This document shows, piece by piece, positions 1-12,818 of a stretch of DNA of 64,000 bases. The translations under genes and the position numbers were made by a program. Every line of letters begins with the position of its first letter. Within the stretch, counting starts at the first letter, position 1. The DNA is taken from assembly GCA_051530055.1 (NCBI GenBank), contig CM121342.1, positions 5,083,489 to 5,147,488 on the forward strand. Direction: 5' to 3'. The DNA comes from Neoechinorhynchus agilis (taxonomy: Eukaryota > Animalia > Acanthocephala). The notes beneath the pieces are model-generated. The model did not search any database, was not told where the DNA came from, and worked only from the letters and a program-made list of their open reading frames with translations.

Positions 1-353
1 TTTGGAAGACGATCCTCCTAACATTGGAAGACAAGTCTTAACCAATAACAAAGTGGGACGGAGCGTTGGTACAAGCTCTGGGAAATCTAAGATCGCTGCT
101 TTGTACCTCTACTGGAAAGACACCTCACGAGCGAATGTTCTGCTATGAAAGGAGAGTACCGATTGGAATTAACCTTGCTAGATGGCTCCGATCTGGAGAA
201 TCCGTATGGGTGAAGAATGGGCCCGCGAAATCGAAAAGTGAAGATTCTGTCCAAAAAGCCAAATTGATCGATGTCAATGAAAAATAGTGTATAGTTAAAT
301 ACCCTGATGGACGTCAGGACTCAGTCTCGACACAAAGAATAGCCCCGCTTGCG
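1..353 (+). mobile_element. Degenerate Ty3/Gypsy-type LTR retrotransposon integrase C-terminus
   Basis: Frame starting at nt 3 reads WKTILLTLEDKS*PITKWDGALVQALGNLRSLLCTSTGKTPHERMF...VKYPDGRQDSVSTQRIAP, matching the RSLLCTxTxxTPHER...PDGRxDxVSxxxLAP integrase tail. In-frame stops at 39-41 and 285-287. Confidence 0.8.
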
Positions 354-624
354 ATACGAGCGCTTCGGGCGTTACAGTGAAGGAATCTCAAGTGCCGGAA
401 GGTGGGGTACCGAATGACATTACATTTGATGTTGAAAAAGAAGATTGACGGGCAACCTACTTCAGACGAGCCTGCTGAACATACTTCGGATAGCGCTCAG
501 CCGCATCCGAAGGTACAGGGTCAACCCTCTTCTGGGACCGAAGCGGAAATCGCATTATCATATTTGGTCAAAAGTCACAAGAGTCAAAGATCACTAAATT
601 TGCAAGATTCATTAAAATTAGGGA

Positions 625-960
625 GCGTTGAAGAAGTACAAGTTATGGAGACGGAATTTCCAACACCTTCTGAAATAAATCGATGGAGGTGTTTTCATCA
701 ACACTCTACTTCTGAACATAGGCGCCGACGTTTACGAATTCGTCGAAGAGGAGACCTCTCTAGATGATGCTCTGAAAACTTTAGATCGTTTATTCCTTAA
801 AGAAAGCAACGAAATCATGGCCAGGTATTTCTTGTCCATACGATAACAGGCAGACAACGAAGATATCGACAAATTTATTCAATCTCTCCGATCGTCGGCT
901 AAAAATTGTCATTTCAAAAATGTGTCCGCTGAGGAAGCTCGGGACGATTCCCTTCTCGTG
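625..960 (+). mobile_element. Degenerate Gypsy-type gag fragment
   Basis: ALKKYKLWRRNFQHLLK*...IGADVYEFVEEETSLDDALKTLDRLFLKESNEIMARYFLSIR*QADNEDIDKFIQSLRSSAKNCHFKNVSAEE resembles retrotransposon gag (NExxARxxLxxRxQxxxEsxDxFxxxL). Stops at 676 and 844. Confidence 0.7.
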
Positions 961-1299
961 TCGTATTACTGATCTCAACCGACTCTTGCAGTATGATTGG
1001 GTTCAAGCATGGGACACCCTCAACAATTTCACACTTAGTACAATTGCCACGAGTAATCGTGAATGCTATGATCAACAACCGACCCCACTTGCGACCAGGT
1101 ATATGGATGTCTTGGCATCGGCATTTATCTATGGTATCGATACTATCTTACAAAACAATCGAGAATCCGCGGCAATTAGTCTTCTCAAAAATCAATCACG
1201 AATAACGACAATATCGATGTTCTTAATTCTAAGATGGAGGAATTTACCCTGAAAATAATGGCCGACTTGAGGATCAATGCGGCTATGCAACAGTTCAAG

Positions 1300-3378
1300 T
1301 TGGGAGTGATTCGCAAAGTCCCAATGCAACAGATTTGCCGGAAGATGTCGAAATGTAAACTGGAGTGATTCACAAAGTCTCAATGAGTGAGATTTGCCGT
1401 ATGTAAAAATATCCACTGGAGTGATTCGTAAAGTTCCAATGCAACAGATTTGCCAGAAGCTGCCAAAATATCCACTGGAGTGATTCGTAAAGTCCCAATG
1501 CAACAGATTTGCCGGAAGCTGCCAAAATATCCACTGGAGTGATTCGTAAAGTTCCAATGCAACAGATTTGCCAGAAGCTGCCAAAATATCCACTGGAGTG
1601 ATTCGTAAAGTTTCAACGCGACAGACTTGCCGGAAGATGTCAAAATATCAACTGGAGTGATTCGTAAAGTTCCAATGCAACAGATTTGCCAGAAGCTGCC
1701 AAAATATCCACTGGAGTGATTCGTAAAGTTTCAATGCAACAGACTTGCCGGAAGATGTAAAAATATCCACTGGAGTGATTCACAAAGTTCCAATGCAACA
1801 GATTTGCCAGAAGCTGCCAAAATATCCACTGGAGTGATTCACAAAGTCTCAATGCAACAGATTTGCCAGAAGCCGCCAAAATATCCACTGGAGTGATTCG
1901 CAAAGTTTCAATGCAACAGATTTGCCAGAAGCTGCCAAAATATCCACTGGAGTGATTCACAAAGTCTCAATGCAACAGATTTGCCGGATGTCAAAATATC
2001 CACTGGAGTGATTCGCAAAGTTTCAATGCAACTGACATGCCGGAAGATGTAAAAATATCTACTGGAGTGATTCGCAAAGTCCCAATGCAACAGATTTGCC
2101 AGAAGCTGCCAAAATATCCATTGGAGTGATTCACAAAGTTTCAATGCAACTGACTTACCGGAAGATGTAAAAATATCCACTGGAGTGATTCGTTCACGCA
2201 ACAGATTGCCGAAGTGAAAATATCACTGGAGTGATTCCAGTTTCAATGACTGACTTGCCGGATGTCAAAATATCCACTGGAGTGATTCGCAAAGTTTCAA
2301 TGCAACAGATTTGCCAGAAGATGCCAAAATATCAACTGGAGTGATTCGTAAAGTTTCAATGCAACTGACTTGCCGGAAGATGTAAAAATATCCACTGGAG
2401 TTATTCACAAGATCTCAATGCAACAGATTTGCCAGAAGATGCCAAAATATCAACTGGAGTGATCCCCAGTCTCAATGAGTGAGATTTGCCGGATGTTAAA
2501 ATATCCACTGGAGTGATTCGCAAAGTTTCAATGCAACAGATTTGTCAGAAGCTGCCAAAATATCTACTGGAGTGATTCACAAAGTATCAATGCAACAAAT
2601 TTGTCAGAAGCTGCCAAAATATCCATTGGAGTGATTCACAAAGTCACAATGAGTGAGATTTGCCGGAAGCTGCCAAAATATCCACTGGAGTTATTCACAA
2701 AGTTTCAATGCAACAGATTTGCCAGAAGCTGCCAAAATATCTACTGGAGTGATTCGCAAAGTCCCAATGCAACAGATTTGCCAGAAGCTGCCAAAATATC
2801 CACTGGAGTGATTCGCAAAGTCACAATGAGTGAGATTTGCCGGAAGCTGCCAAAATATCCACTGGAGGATTCACAAAGTTCATAACAGATTTGCCAGAAG
2901 CTGCCAAAATATCCACTGGAGTGATTCACAAAGTTTCAATGCAACTGACTTGCCGGAAGATGTCAAAATATCCACTGGAGTGATTCGCAAAGTTTCAATG
3001 CAACAGATTTGCCAGAAGCTGCCAAAATATCCACTGGAGTGATTCGTAAAGTTTCAACGCGACAGACTTGCCGGAAGCTGCCAAAATATCCACTGGAGTG
3101 ATTCGTAAAGTTCCAATGCAACAGATTTGCCAGAAGCTGCCAAAATATCCACTGGAGTGATTCGTAAAGTTTCAACGCAACAGACTTGCCGGAAGATGTA
3201 AAAATATCCACTGGAGTGATTCACAAAGTTTCAATGCAACAGATTTGCCGGAAGCTGCCAAATTATCCACTGGAGTGATTCGCAAAGTCCCAATCCAACA
3301 GATTTGCCGGAAGATGTCAAAATATCCAGTGGAGTGATTCGCAAAGTCCCAATGCAACAGATTTGTTAGAAGCTGCCC
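1300..3378. repeat. Tandem satellite, 59-bp unit, about 35 copies
   Basis: Unit GAGTGATTCGYAAAGTTYCAATGCAACAGATTTGCCAGAAGCTGCCAAAATATCCACTG recurs with a 59-bp period (e.g. 1419, 1478), with variant subtypes. The many short ORFs here are repeat artefacts. Confidence 0.97.
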
Positions 3379-5998
3379 TCAAATAAGAATTTTTATGCAT
3401 TTAAGCCCGTGGTCACGCAGAGTCGAGGTGAGTCCGGTGGCCAAGTAGCGCTAACATTAAAATCGAAACACTTCGATCTCAAATAAAGAGAAACTTCGCA
3501 AAGATGTATGGGAGAACTTAGTGGAGCAGGAAACTGGTGACATGAACGCTGTATTGACGGGTACGAGTTGGGGGGGATTATTGATTCTCTGAAATTGATT
3601 GCCGAAGAGGACGTTAGATGCTCCTGTTAGGTCGGTGGCGGTAAAGTTCCAAAAAATACTGGCTCTTTCGCCTAATAGGGACCGTTTTCACATCAAATAC
3701 GCCATTTGGTCCTTGAAACTTCGTATGGCAAATCTTTAGTTATTGATTATGGACGTTAGTCCCAATTCAAATTATAAAACTAGGACTGAAATATTATACA
3801 AATGAGCTCAAGCCGTACATTTTAGGTGTTTTCATCCGATCGACTGGATATTCGTCGCGGTGGCGATCGGCATTCTTTACCGAGAGACGTTCATCTCATC
3901 GTGGTTGAAGAGGGAACGACATTGTTGCTTTACAATAAAAACGAATGTCGAAATGTAGTGGATCAGAACGGTGAAACAGTCTTCATAAACTTGATTTACC
4001 AAAATAGAATAAATCTCTTGACTGCTCTTTTTTAAACGTTAATACTTAAATTCTTGAAACCGCGCAATGGCTGATATTTCGAAAACCAGAACCTATCCCT
4101 CCGATTGTATAGAACAATAGCAAAATAATCTCCGTCTAGATCAAACGCAGATTTATTCGCCCTTAATAGACGTTTAATCAAACTTAAAGACTTGTATTTT
4201 CCTCTGCTGACAATCGTAGAAGAGGCCGTTAAACGGCGAAAGCTTGGAAAAACAAAGGACTAATAAATCAGTGCCCCGATTGTCAAAAAAAATTAAGGAA
4301 AAAGATCAAACTTAAAGACCAAAAAAATTTACTACAACTATCTTAAGGAAAAAATGAAGGCAATAGCATTTTACACAACCGATGAATCTCAAGAGAAACA
4401 AATTAATTTCACTAACAATATTTTAAATACAATTGGAAAGACGACGTTTTGACGTGATTTCCAGAAATCTTACAATGAAACACTAAGACGTCTTTCAGTC
4501 CGTTCGAAAGTTCTATCATCGCCTCCAAAATCGCTCGATTCATCACAGAACAAAACAGAGCGATACGAGGAACACAAACGCAGCAGCGATGGAATGCGGA
4601 CGGCGATTTGGAAGGTACGAAAAAACAGAAGAATTCACGGTCCGTGTAATTATTTGGCGCACAAATTAACGTTTTCTAAGATGTTAGGCAGAAGAGTTCA
4701 ATTTTGAACTTACGGGCAGCTTCTAGTTTCCTCGATTAGAAACTAACAATCGATTTTAAAGCGGTTTTGGTCACTTAATTCAGTTCATAAATCGCAGCGT
4801 ATTGGCAATAAAGAAAAAACCCTTTAAGATCCAATCATATTGATCGATTAGAACCCTAACCAGAAACTTTAAGAACCATTTCGTTGCGGCAAACGGCCAC
4901 AGAATGTTTTGAAAAGGTTCACTCCCCTCCGTGTAGAGATTGCTTTCTGGCTCCGTTTCTCGGATACAAAACCTCATCTCCTGGAAAAGGATGAACCTCG
5001 TGCCCAGTCGACATCTTCAAACGTAAATCGGAAAGCATATTTCGCCTATCTCACTAAACAATGGCCATTGGTCGTGCCTAAACAATCATTATCAAACGAT
5101 TACTTGATGGGCTCGTTAATTCAAAAAGGACAGCTCAAAAAGAAACAATCATCTCATCTTTGGAACGGCGAGGTTCTATTTAACAACCCAAAAATGACTC
5201 TCACTCTTTCACGATTTCCTAAATTCCAAATTCCCCAAGGAAATCGTCACAGTCTCCATGACCTCACAAAAAGTTCAATTCCTCACCAGAGGACTTCATA
5301 CAAGAAAAATACAGGAGTTACTCTAGGAAATCGGGTTAACCGACTTCAATCGCAATGGTCGAAGTCTCTAGACAAGTTCGAGATCATTTATGTTCCTGCG
5401 GTTTTGAGATTCGCTTCTCGCCAACGACTACTTATTGGAGGTCGATTGTGCTATATCATTTCGCATGGGCGATCTTCAAAAAATTGGAACCGAAATACCT
5501 TGATATTTCCGTTCATCTTTATTTTTCATCGCTTACTCTTTTTTTTAGCGCTTCATACAACGCAAATGGAACCTTCCAGGTTGTTCCTTGTACATTTTCT
5601 AGCCTGGACATCCTTGACTGCTCCAACGGTGCTAGAAAATCCTTACGAATCATAGTTTCCACCGCCTGGGCGTCCACTTCGTCTTCGGTAATATTGTGCA
5701 CTCGAATTATTCGAGCCTCCGTAATCTTTGGTTATCTCGTTTTTGAACCAAATGTGATCTGCGCATCTCAGGACCCTAAGGTATCGATCTTCGTTTCTTT
5801 AAACGCTCTGATGGTTTGCGCTTTGATAATTGATTCAGCGGACCCTGTTTCAAAGTCGGGACTGCTCTTTTTTACCCTTCACGTTTCTAATCCACCTTAG
5901 CATCCTATCATGATTTAATACTGCTAATGGTTATTCTGTAAATCGCTCAACAACAAAAACCCACTCTCGTAGCCGCCAGCACCAAGTCATACAGTATC

Positions 5999-6338
5999 GG
6001 TGAGTGTACGTGTATGTGAGTGATGTGAGTGTATGTGAGTGTATGTGAGTTTATGTGAGTGTATGTGAGTTTATGTGAGTTTATGTGAGTGTATGTGAGT
6101 TTATGATAGTTTATGTGAGTGTATGTGAGTTTATGTGAGTCTATGTGAGTCTATGTGAGTGTACGTGTATGTGAGTGTATGTGTATGCGGTTTTGTGTGA
6201 GTGTGAGTGTGTGCATGTGAGCGCGAGTGTACGTGTATGTTAGTTTATGTGAGTGTATGTGAGTATAGGTGAGTTAATGTGAGCGTATGTGAGTGTGAGT
6301 GTGTGTGAGTGTACGTGTATGTGAGTGTGGGTATGTGT
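5999..6338. repeat. Minisatellite, about 10-bp unit (TATGTGAGTG/TATGTGAGTT)n
   Basis: Directly visible imperfect tandem repeat. Confidence 0.95.
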
Positions 6339-6393
6339 CCCTTGCTAGCACACACAAAAAATGAATATTGACAATCCTTTTAGAACGGAGCGA

Positions 6394-7148
6394 TTATTGC
6401 TCGTCGGGTTGTACACCATTTTCGACCGAGACTATGCAATGGTCAGTTACGTTATTGGTGAAAACATCTTCATGTTTCAGATTAAATAGAAGATCATCTG
6501 ATTGGGCTGAATCGGACGAATGGATTTCCTCGTCCTTTAGTTTTGCTGCTACTTCATTTCCTGTATTTATCGGATCAACTTCGGTTTCAGAAGAGGAGGC
6601 ACTATGGATTGAGTTATCAGCTACGGATAAAGGCGTCACATAGATTGCCTTGAATGAGTGAGTGTTAATCCTGTTTTTCTTAGAATCTTCGAATTCAGGA
6701 TATCCAATAACGTTGCAGCCTAATCGATTGGCCAGCATATAGGTTTCCACCGTCGGTTCATGCTTGCCGAATATCGTTTTCCCTTCGCCTTTAGCGCGTG
6801 TAAACTGCCTGACCTCGACAGTGTCATGAAAGGAAACCGTACGAGACCTTCGTAAAAAGACGAACGATCGATCCTATTTAGCTCACCCTCCCTTCCCCGT
6901 CGATTCGTTCATTTCTCTTGGACTTTTCTGTCAATCGACGAAACCTGTTCGTCATTCTCATTCAACGATCTCTCGTTGTTGCAGGTTAGACTGCGAATAA
7001 TACGACCCTTCTTGAGAATCGAAGGGCCCGCTGTTGAACTTTGACTCAGCTGCGGGGGTTTCTGGCTAGGCGGCAATGATTGCTTATCGTGAAGATCACC
7101 ATCCGATCGACGGCGTGGTCTAAGGTTCAGTAACTTTGCGAACTTCAT
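6394..7148 (-). CDS. Putative PP1-interacting protein (SILK and RVxF-like motifs), multi-exon, model unresolved
   Basis: ORF 7148-6909 has GPSILKK. The downstream frame reads SRTVSFHDTVEVRQF and continues into ORF 6750-6394. A 39-nt GTGAGC...GAAG intron sits just before the RTVSF motif. Confidence 0.5.
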
Positions 7149-9788
7149 TTCAGATATGTTGATGGCGTTAAGTCTAAATTAATTGACCTTTATTTTCTTA
7201 ACGGAAAAAGATTGAGATGTTGAATTGAAAGAAAAAGAAAAGGAGATACGACTCAGGTAATTCGAAAACTTTTGAATCAAAAGGAAAACAATTATTCACG
7301 CCCGCCTCTCGTGTTTTTTGACGACAAAAAAATGAGTAAGTTGTAGTGTTCTATTCACCGTGAAACGTGAGATGTAAACACCATTAAACTCTTGCAATTT
7401 TTTTAAATTACCTTGAGAGTTTAGTCTTGGAGAACACGCTTCAAAAACGTAGTCGTTAAGGTGAACGAAAATTTAAAGCGCTAAGGAATCATAATGTAGT
7501 CTGCAGACTCGCAGTAGATATTATCGAAATTCATTGGGTTTTTTAGAATCGCAAAAACAAGAAATTTTTGGCGTGAAGACGGCGAGGGCTTTAAATTTCA
7601 GAAATCCTTATAAAATATTTCGTTGCTTGTTGTTTGAAAAAATGATTACACCAAAAAACCTAGCAAATCCTTTCTGATTTTGCTCTATTCGAGTAGAATT
7701 TCAAAAGCGAGATTAAAGCGTTTAAGTCACAGTTTTTGGCGAGGTTTCATTTGAATAGCAAAAAGGACAACATCGACTGATTTTTCAACCGCATGTTATC
7801 CTTTTCGATTGTCCTTATCGGTTGAAAACAAATGTTTTCATTTCGGACACTGATATTTCGGAATTTTCTTCTCCAAGATCTCACAATTAATCGTGTGAAT
7901 GACAATCAAAAAGCTTAAATTTAAAGCTAAGGTCAAAAAAGCTTATAATGTGGACCTGCTTGAAATTCCAAGAACTTAAGCGAGAAATCACAGGATCAAT
8001 AATGAGCGCAGTTTAAAAAAAAGGTTTAAATTGATATTGCCCCGAAATAGTTTATCCGGAAACAAATGCGCTTAAAAGGATACAATGTCGATCAATAATT
8101 TTCTAACCTTCAGCAAGATTTAATGAAGATTTATTTAAATTTTTATGCACTCACGTATTATTGTTAGGTTAGAAGACGATGCTTAAGTTTACCAAGTCCT
8201 ACAAAATACCAAAACGTATTTTCTAAAGTCTTGGGACTTTTAAAAAGGTCATTTTCTAACAAAAAGGCAAATATGTCTTGAAAGTTTCTACCATAATCGA
8301 TCTTTTCCCAATAAATTTTGAAATGTCTCAATGTTCACTCACTTTGAACCTCTACGGATATTTTCTCATAGTGATAATATGTGCTTAAATAATTCTCAGA
8401 GCTCTTTAGAATAAAAAAAGTACATTTTAATTCGATAGTCGACGACTTGGCAAATACAAAAATCAACAGCATTTGGCTATCGGATACCGGGACGCGTTTG
8501 CGAATTAAGGAGAAAAAAAATAATATATAACGTCAAAAGAATGAGGCCTTAAAAAGTTTTTCAAATGTAATTTACCGTTCTTTTTTAAAAAAGGGGAGCA
8601 GATTTTAATTATATATTTCATTATTTTTAAAACCAAACCGGCTTTTTTATCATTGAAAACGATCACTTATTCCAGAAGCTCACTTAGAATTTCTTTTATC
8701 TCCCCTTTTTTTCAACCGTTCACATCATTGGCTACAGACGTTCACCATAACGCTAATGTTTCTATTTTGTTAAAAAAAGTCAACTTTGTACGCCTCGAAT
8801 AGAGATTGATGACTAAACTGCTCGTGACGGTTTAGGTTGACTCACATTGGTTTTCATTAGAATACTTTTGGGCTTTGCGATTGTCAATGCAACTTGGGAA
8901 AAAGGATAGATTAAAAGGATCGAGGAAGATGAGGATTATCGCGAAATTTCTTTGTTTTCGAGACAGAATATTACGAAGTTCTGTTGATGCAGTACACGCT
9001 CTCAACGATTTTTCGGCGAGATTCTACACCCTAAGATGCCAAATGACGAAAGGGACCACTTAGAGTTCTTTTTTCAGTCATAAATAACCAATAAAAAAGA
9101 GAAAGACGTTTGCGCTCATACGACGTCTCTAACCATTAAATCGGCGATTTATACCGAGAAGAGCGCGTTCCTGTAAGTTATATTCTTACCAACATTATCT
9201 CCCTCTACCAGCAACCACATTCGCGTTACGATGCGGAAAACTCAAATATCACTCACACTCACGACGAGCGAGCTGTCATAGAGCATTCACAGCGCTACCG
9301 AAAAGCGTTATTACAAAAAAAAGAGCCACAAACAGTTTCAAAAAACAACATACGTTGTGTTCAATGAAGCCCAAAGACATCAAAACAATCTAGTCAAAAG
9401 ATCGTTCATTTGATATTCTGAACCTGGAATCAGCATGTAGCTAGTTTTTTGAGCGCAACTATTGGAAATCGTGTCATGTTCACATCTTTTTTTGAACGCC
9501 TTCCTTTGGTTTCTTTTGTTACATTCAAATGACTGCTAATAAACTAAAGCTTCAGTCGAAGAGGAGACAAAAAAACGGGGGGGGAGAACCCTCTCTTTTT
9601 TGGTCGATTGAACAATCGAGCAGGTTTGCGGTCATCACACAAATTTCAAACCTTCTCCTCCTCCTTTGGTTTTAGAAAATCATCTTACCTAATGATGAGA
9701 ACTTGTAGATCTCCTTCTCCACAAAAAAAGGAATCACGCACTCCAATTCATTGCTGCAAGGTCCTCTCGAACACTCTTCTTTTTCGAG

Positions 9789-10876
9789 TTAGTCAATCCA
9801 CTGCCTCCGTATTCCCGAATTTTTGCCATTCTTGTCTCGCCTATCTTCAAGATTGCCATCTCGGCGATGTCTATGTAGCTGTTCTCTTAATTCAGAGGTC
9901 CGTGTGCTCCTGACAAACGGCTTTTGTCGTTTCGCAAGCCTCGCTGTAGCGTTCGCGCTTACAATGCTACTCGACATTTCTTCGTCGATTCGTATTGTTC
10001 GTTGGAGGCTTTTAAGCGTTGATGTTGAATCACTGGTGGTGGTGGTGGTGGTGGTGGTCGTGATTGCGTTCACTGGTGGTTCTGGGGACGTAAAACGAGG
10101 TCGTTTGCACACATCGATTGATCCTACAGATTCTGATCGGCGGATTGGCGTCGATATGGGCACCATTTGAGAAGCATCGAGTTTAAGAGAACGTGTTAAA
10201 AGTGCTTCTATGACAGTCCGATCTCTTTCAGCGCAGCTAGATCCACTTGTGGTGTTTAGAGACGACGAAGACACATCAATGGGATTCGTGAGCCATCTTG
10301 TACGGCACGATTATCCGTTTTTCCAGAAGAAGAAGAAGAAATGTTCTTCATTTGTGAACCTAAAGGACGAAGGCAGATAATCTGTGCTTTATAGTATCCT
10401 GCGGAGGATGGATCATCTTGGCACTCATACAACAACAATGTACTTTGACCAGTCGTCTGTTTGTTACAAGAAGAACAAGTAACACTTTCAGTAGTTGTTT
10501 TGGCAGGAGTAAGCGGTGGATCAGTGATTGGACTAAGATTTCCTTCTAAACCTTCTCCATCTTCCTCATCAACATAGTTGTGTATACAGTCATCGTCGAA
10601 GCAAGTCGGTCTGATTGCCTGGTCGTATGGCCATTTATTCGAACATCTTCTCAATCGGCAATTATAATCCGGATATCCACTTTCCGAAGCAGGACCAGGG
10701 GTACTCACATAAGAAAGACATGCCCCACGGGTTGAATATTCACTACTAAAAGAACTATGAAGCGAAGGAAGCTCGTCTGTGCTGATCGAGCATAGACTGA
10801 CGTTTCCGGTAGCGGAATTCGAGCTTCCAGCACTCTGATTCCCGTCGTTATCACTCGTAGTGAACATCTTCAACAA
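9789..10876 (-). CDS. Uncharacterised Ser/Thr-rich low-complexity protein (two overlapping ORFs; intron or frameshift; may extend upstream)
   Basis: ORFs of 206 aa and 161 aa overlap at about 10256-10274, with poly-S and poly-T tracts. No family recognised. Confidence 0.5.
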
Positions 10877-11461
10877 CGCGCAAAACTTTCACACACGGCC
10901 AATGTGCGCTTTTGCGCTCGAAAAATGATTTGATAAAAACAACAACAACAACGATGGTGGTGGTGAGAAGGCTCTGAGCGAATCGTATGAAACTGACGGT
11001 GAGTTTTGGTCAGAGTTGCCACCGTCCATAATTAACGAGGACGTCACAAGCCTCTCAAATCACCATCGGAGTTTCTTCGTCAAATTTTAGAACAAATTCG
11101 AATTTCATTCTTTTCATGTTCACAACTTCCTCCTTTTCGTCCAATTCTGCAACTGTCGTCATGATTGTTCGACAGCTTAAAGACATCCGAAAATCAATAG
11201 ACACTCACACAAAAATCAAGGAGATAACTTCTTTTCGTAGAGAAGCGGGGGACAAAGAGCCAATCACGATAGACGACACAAAAATGAGCGCCGATGAATT
11301 CTTCCGTGCGTCTTGCGTCAATCTTTTTTCTGGAATCGTCCATTTTTGGGGGTGTTTTAACTTTTTTCAGCGTGAGACACCTTTTTTCTACAATTGAGAC
11401 TTGTAATTGGGTGAATCGTTTGACAAATACGACCCCTAAGAGTTTATTTTTCACACCGTGA

Positions 11462-11672
11462 CAATTCAAACAATCTGGTACACCACCGTCCGCAAAATCT
11501 TAGCTTCTCTCCTTCCTCGGCTGTCGCTTTCACGCTGGCAGCATTGCCTCGTTGTACTGCGAGGGAGATATTTTGTCGAAGGAATACGCCTGCTCCTGAG
11601 TCTCCGGTCGTTTCTCTCAATTCCTTCGAGAGATCCTGCCGAAGGGGCCAAAATAGTGAGCCCTCGTGCCTG
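11462..11672 (-). mobile_element. 5'-truncated 3'-end fragment of a CRE-like (RLE) non-LTR retrotransposon
   Basis: LRQDLSKELRETTGDSGAGVFLRQNISLAVQRGNAASV. Clearly homologous at DNA level to 44053-44330, with the same terminus ACAATTCAAACAATCTG (+ strand). Confidence 0.85.
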
Positions 11673-11731
11673 AGTCGTATATCTAAAATCATTTTTGGTT
11701 TCGACTAAAGTCTTTTTTTGTTGCTCATAAG

Positions 11732-12818
11732 ATGAATCGTGCTGGTAGTTCAATCGATACGGGCCATACGGATATTGTTCACGACGCCAAGGCCGATTTC
11801 TATGGAAAATTGTTGGCAACGTGTTCAAGCGACAACACCATTCGAATCTTTCAAAAATCGGGCACTTCAATAACCTTTCAAAAGGAATTAAAAGGTCACC
11901 GTGGTCCGGTTTGGCAGCTCGATTGGTCTCATCCAATGTTCGATAGTCTTCTCGTTTCATGCAGTTATGACCGAACTGTTCGTGTTTGGAGAACCGAAGC
12001 GCCCGACATTTGGGTAACGGTCTACGAATACGACCATCAGGACGCTTCGGTCGATTGCGTGTGCTTCGGTCCGGCTCTTTTCGGAGCTCAATTTGCATGC
12101 GGATGCGCCGATGGTGTTATAAGCATTCTTAGGTTAACGACGGACGCCAAAGCGGATCATGAATTCGGCTCTAGGACGGAGATTCGTATCTCGAATTCTC
12201 GTGAGACACGAATCACCGGGTGGATTCAATGCCGGCACTGCTCAATGGAAATTGTCAAGGATCCCAAAAGCACACGACCTCGGCGTAAACGCCATTTCAT
12301 GGTGTCAAAGTCATTACCTGCCTCAAACCGATCCAATCGATCGGAAATTCGTTTCCGCTGGTTCAGATGGTCTCGTAAAAGTGTGGAAAGCTCCCGTGTC
12401 CGTCGACGAATGGGTAATGGAAAGTGTTTTAAGTGGAGGCCACGATGATTGGGTCAGAGACGTTAAATGGATCTATCCAACGCCAGCCGTGAAGGCCACC
12501 AGAATCGCCAGTGTCGGTCAGGATAAACGTCTTATTGTATGGCAACAAGTGAGAGAAAAGGGAGAAATGGCGTTCTCCAAAAAGCAAGTTATTACGTTCG
12601 AAGATGTTCTGTGGTCAATCGATTCATTGCCTCACGAAAATGTGGTTGCTGTCAGTGGACGAGATAACAAAGTTCATCTGCTTCGTGAAATTGAAGGACT
12701 TTTTGTGAGAACTCTTGATACCAGCATGGAAATGGACTTGGAACAAGGAGAAATGGGCTTTGGACCAGCTGATGAGGAAAGGGAAAATCATGGAAATAGC
12801 ACTCCAAGTGCACAATAA
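11732..12818 (+). CDS. SEC13: Protein SEC13 homolog (COPII/nucleoporin WD40), one intron near 12133-12190
   Basis: DTGHTDIVHDAKADFYGKLLATCSSDNTIRIF, LKGHRGPVWQLDWSHPMFDSLLVSCSYD, AHDLGVNAISW, HDDWVRDVKW. The frame switch follows an AG|GTTAAC donor. Confidence 0.93.

Noticed and set aside
985-1110. Possible RT fragment (GSSMGHP ... RYMD)
   Set aside because: The motifs are short, in different frames and too degenerate to support.
1300-3378. 59-bp array as a CRISPR array or coding repeat
   Set aside because: Units abut with no unique spacers, there are no cas genes, the context is eukaryotic, and 59 is not a multiple of 3.
3430-3460. tRNA D-arm-like GGTGGCCAAGTAGCGCTAA
   Set aside because: No T-arm (GTTCRA) or acceptor stem at the right distance.
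4050-5940. Possible LINE ORF1/ORF2 debris and the overlapping + strand ORFs 4909-5655 and 5355-5900
   Set aside because: Only vague linker-like words (KKIYYNYL, IIRVHNI). No diagnostic domain, and the ORFs lack ATG-led, family-like sequence.
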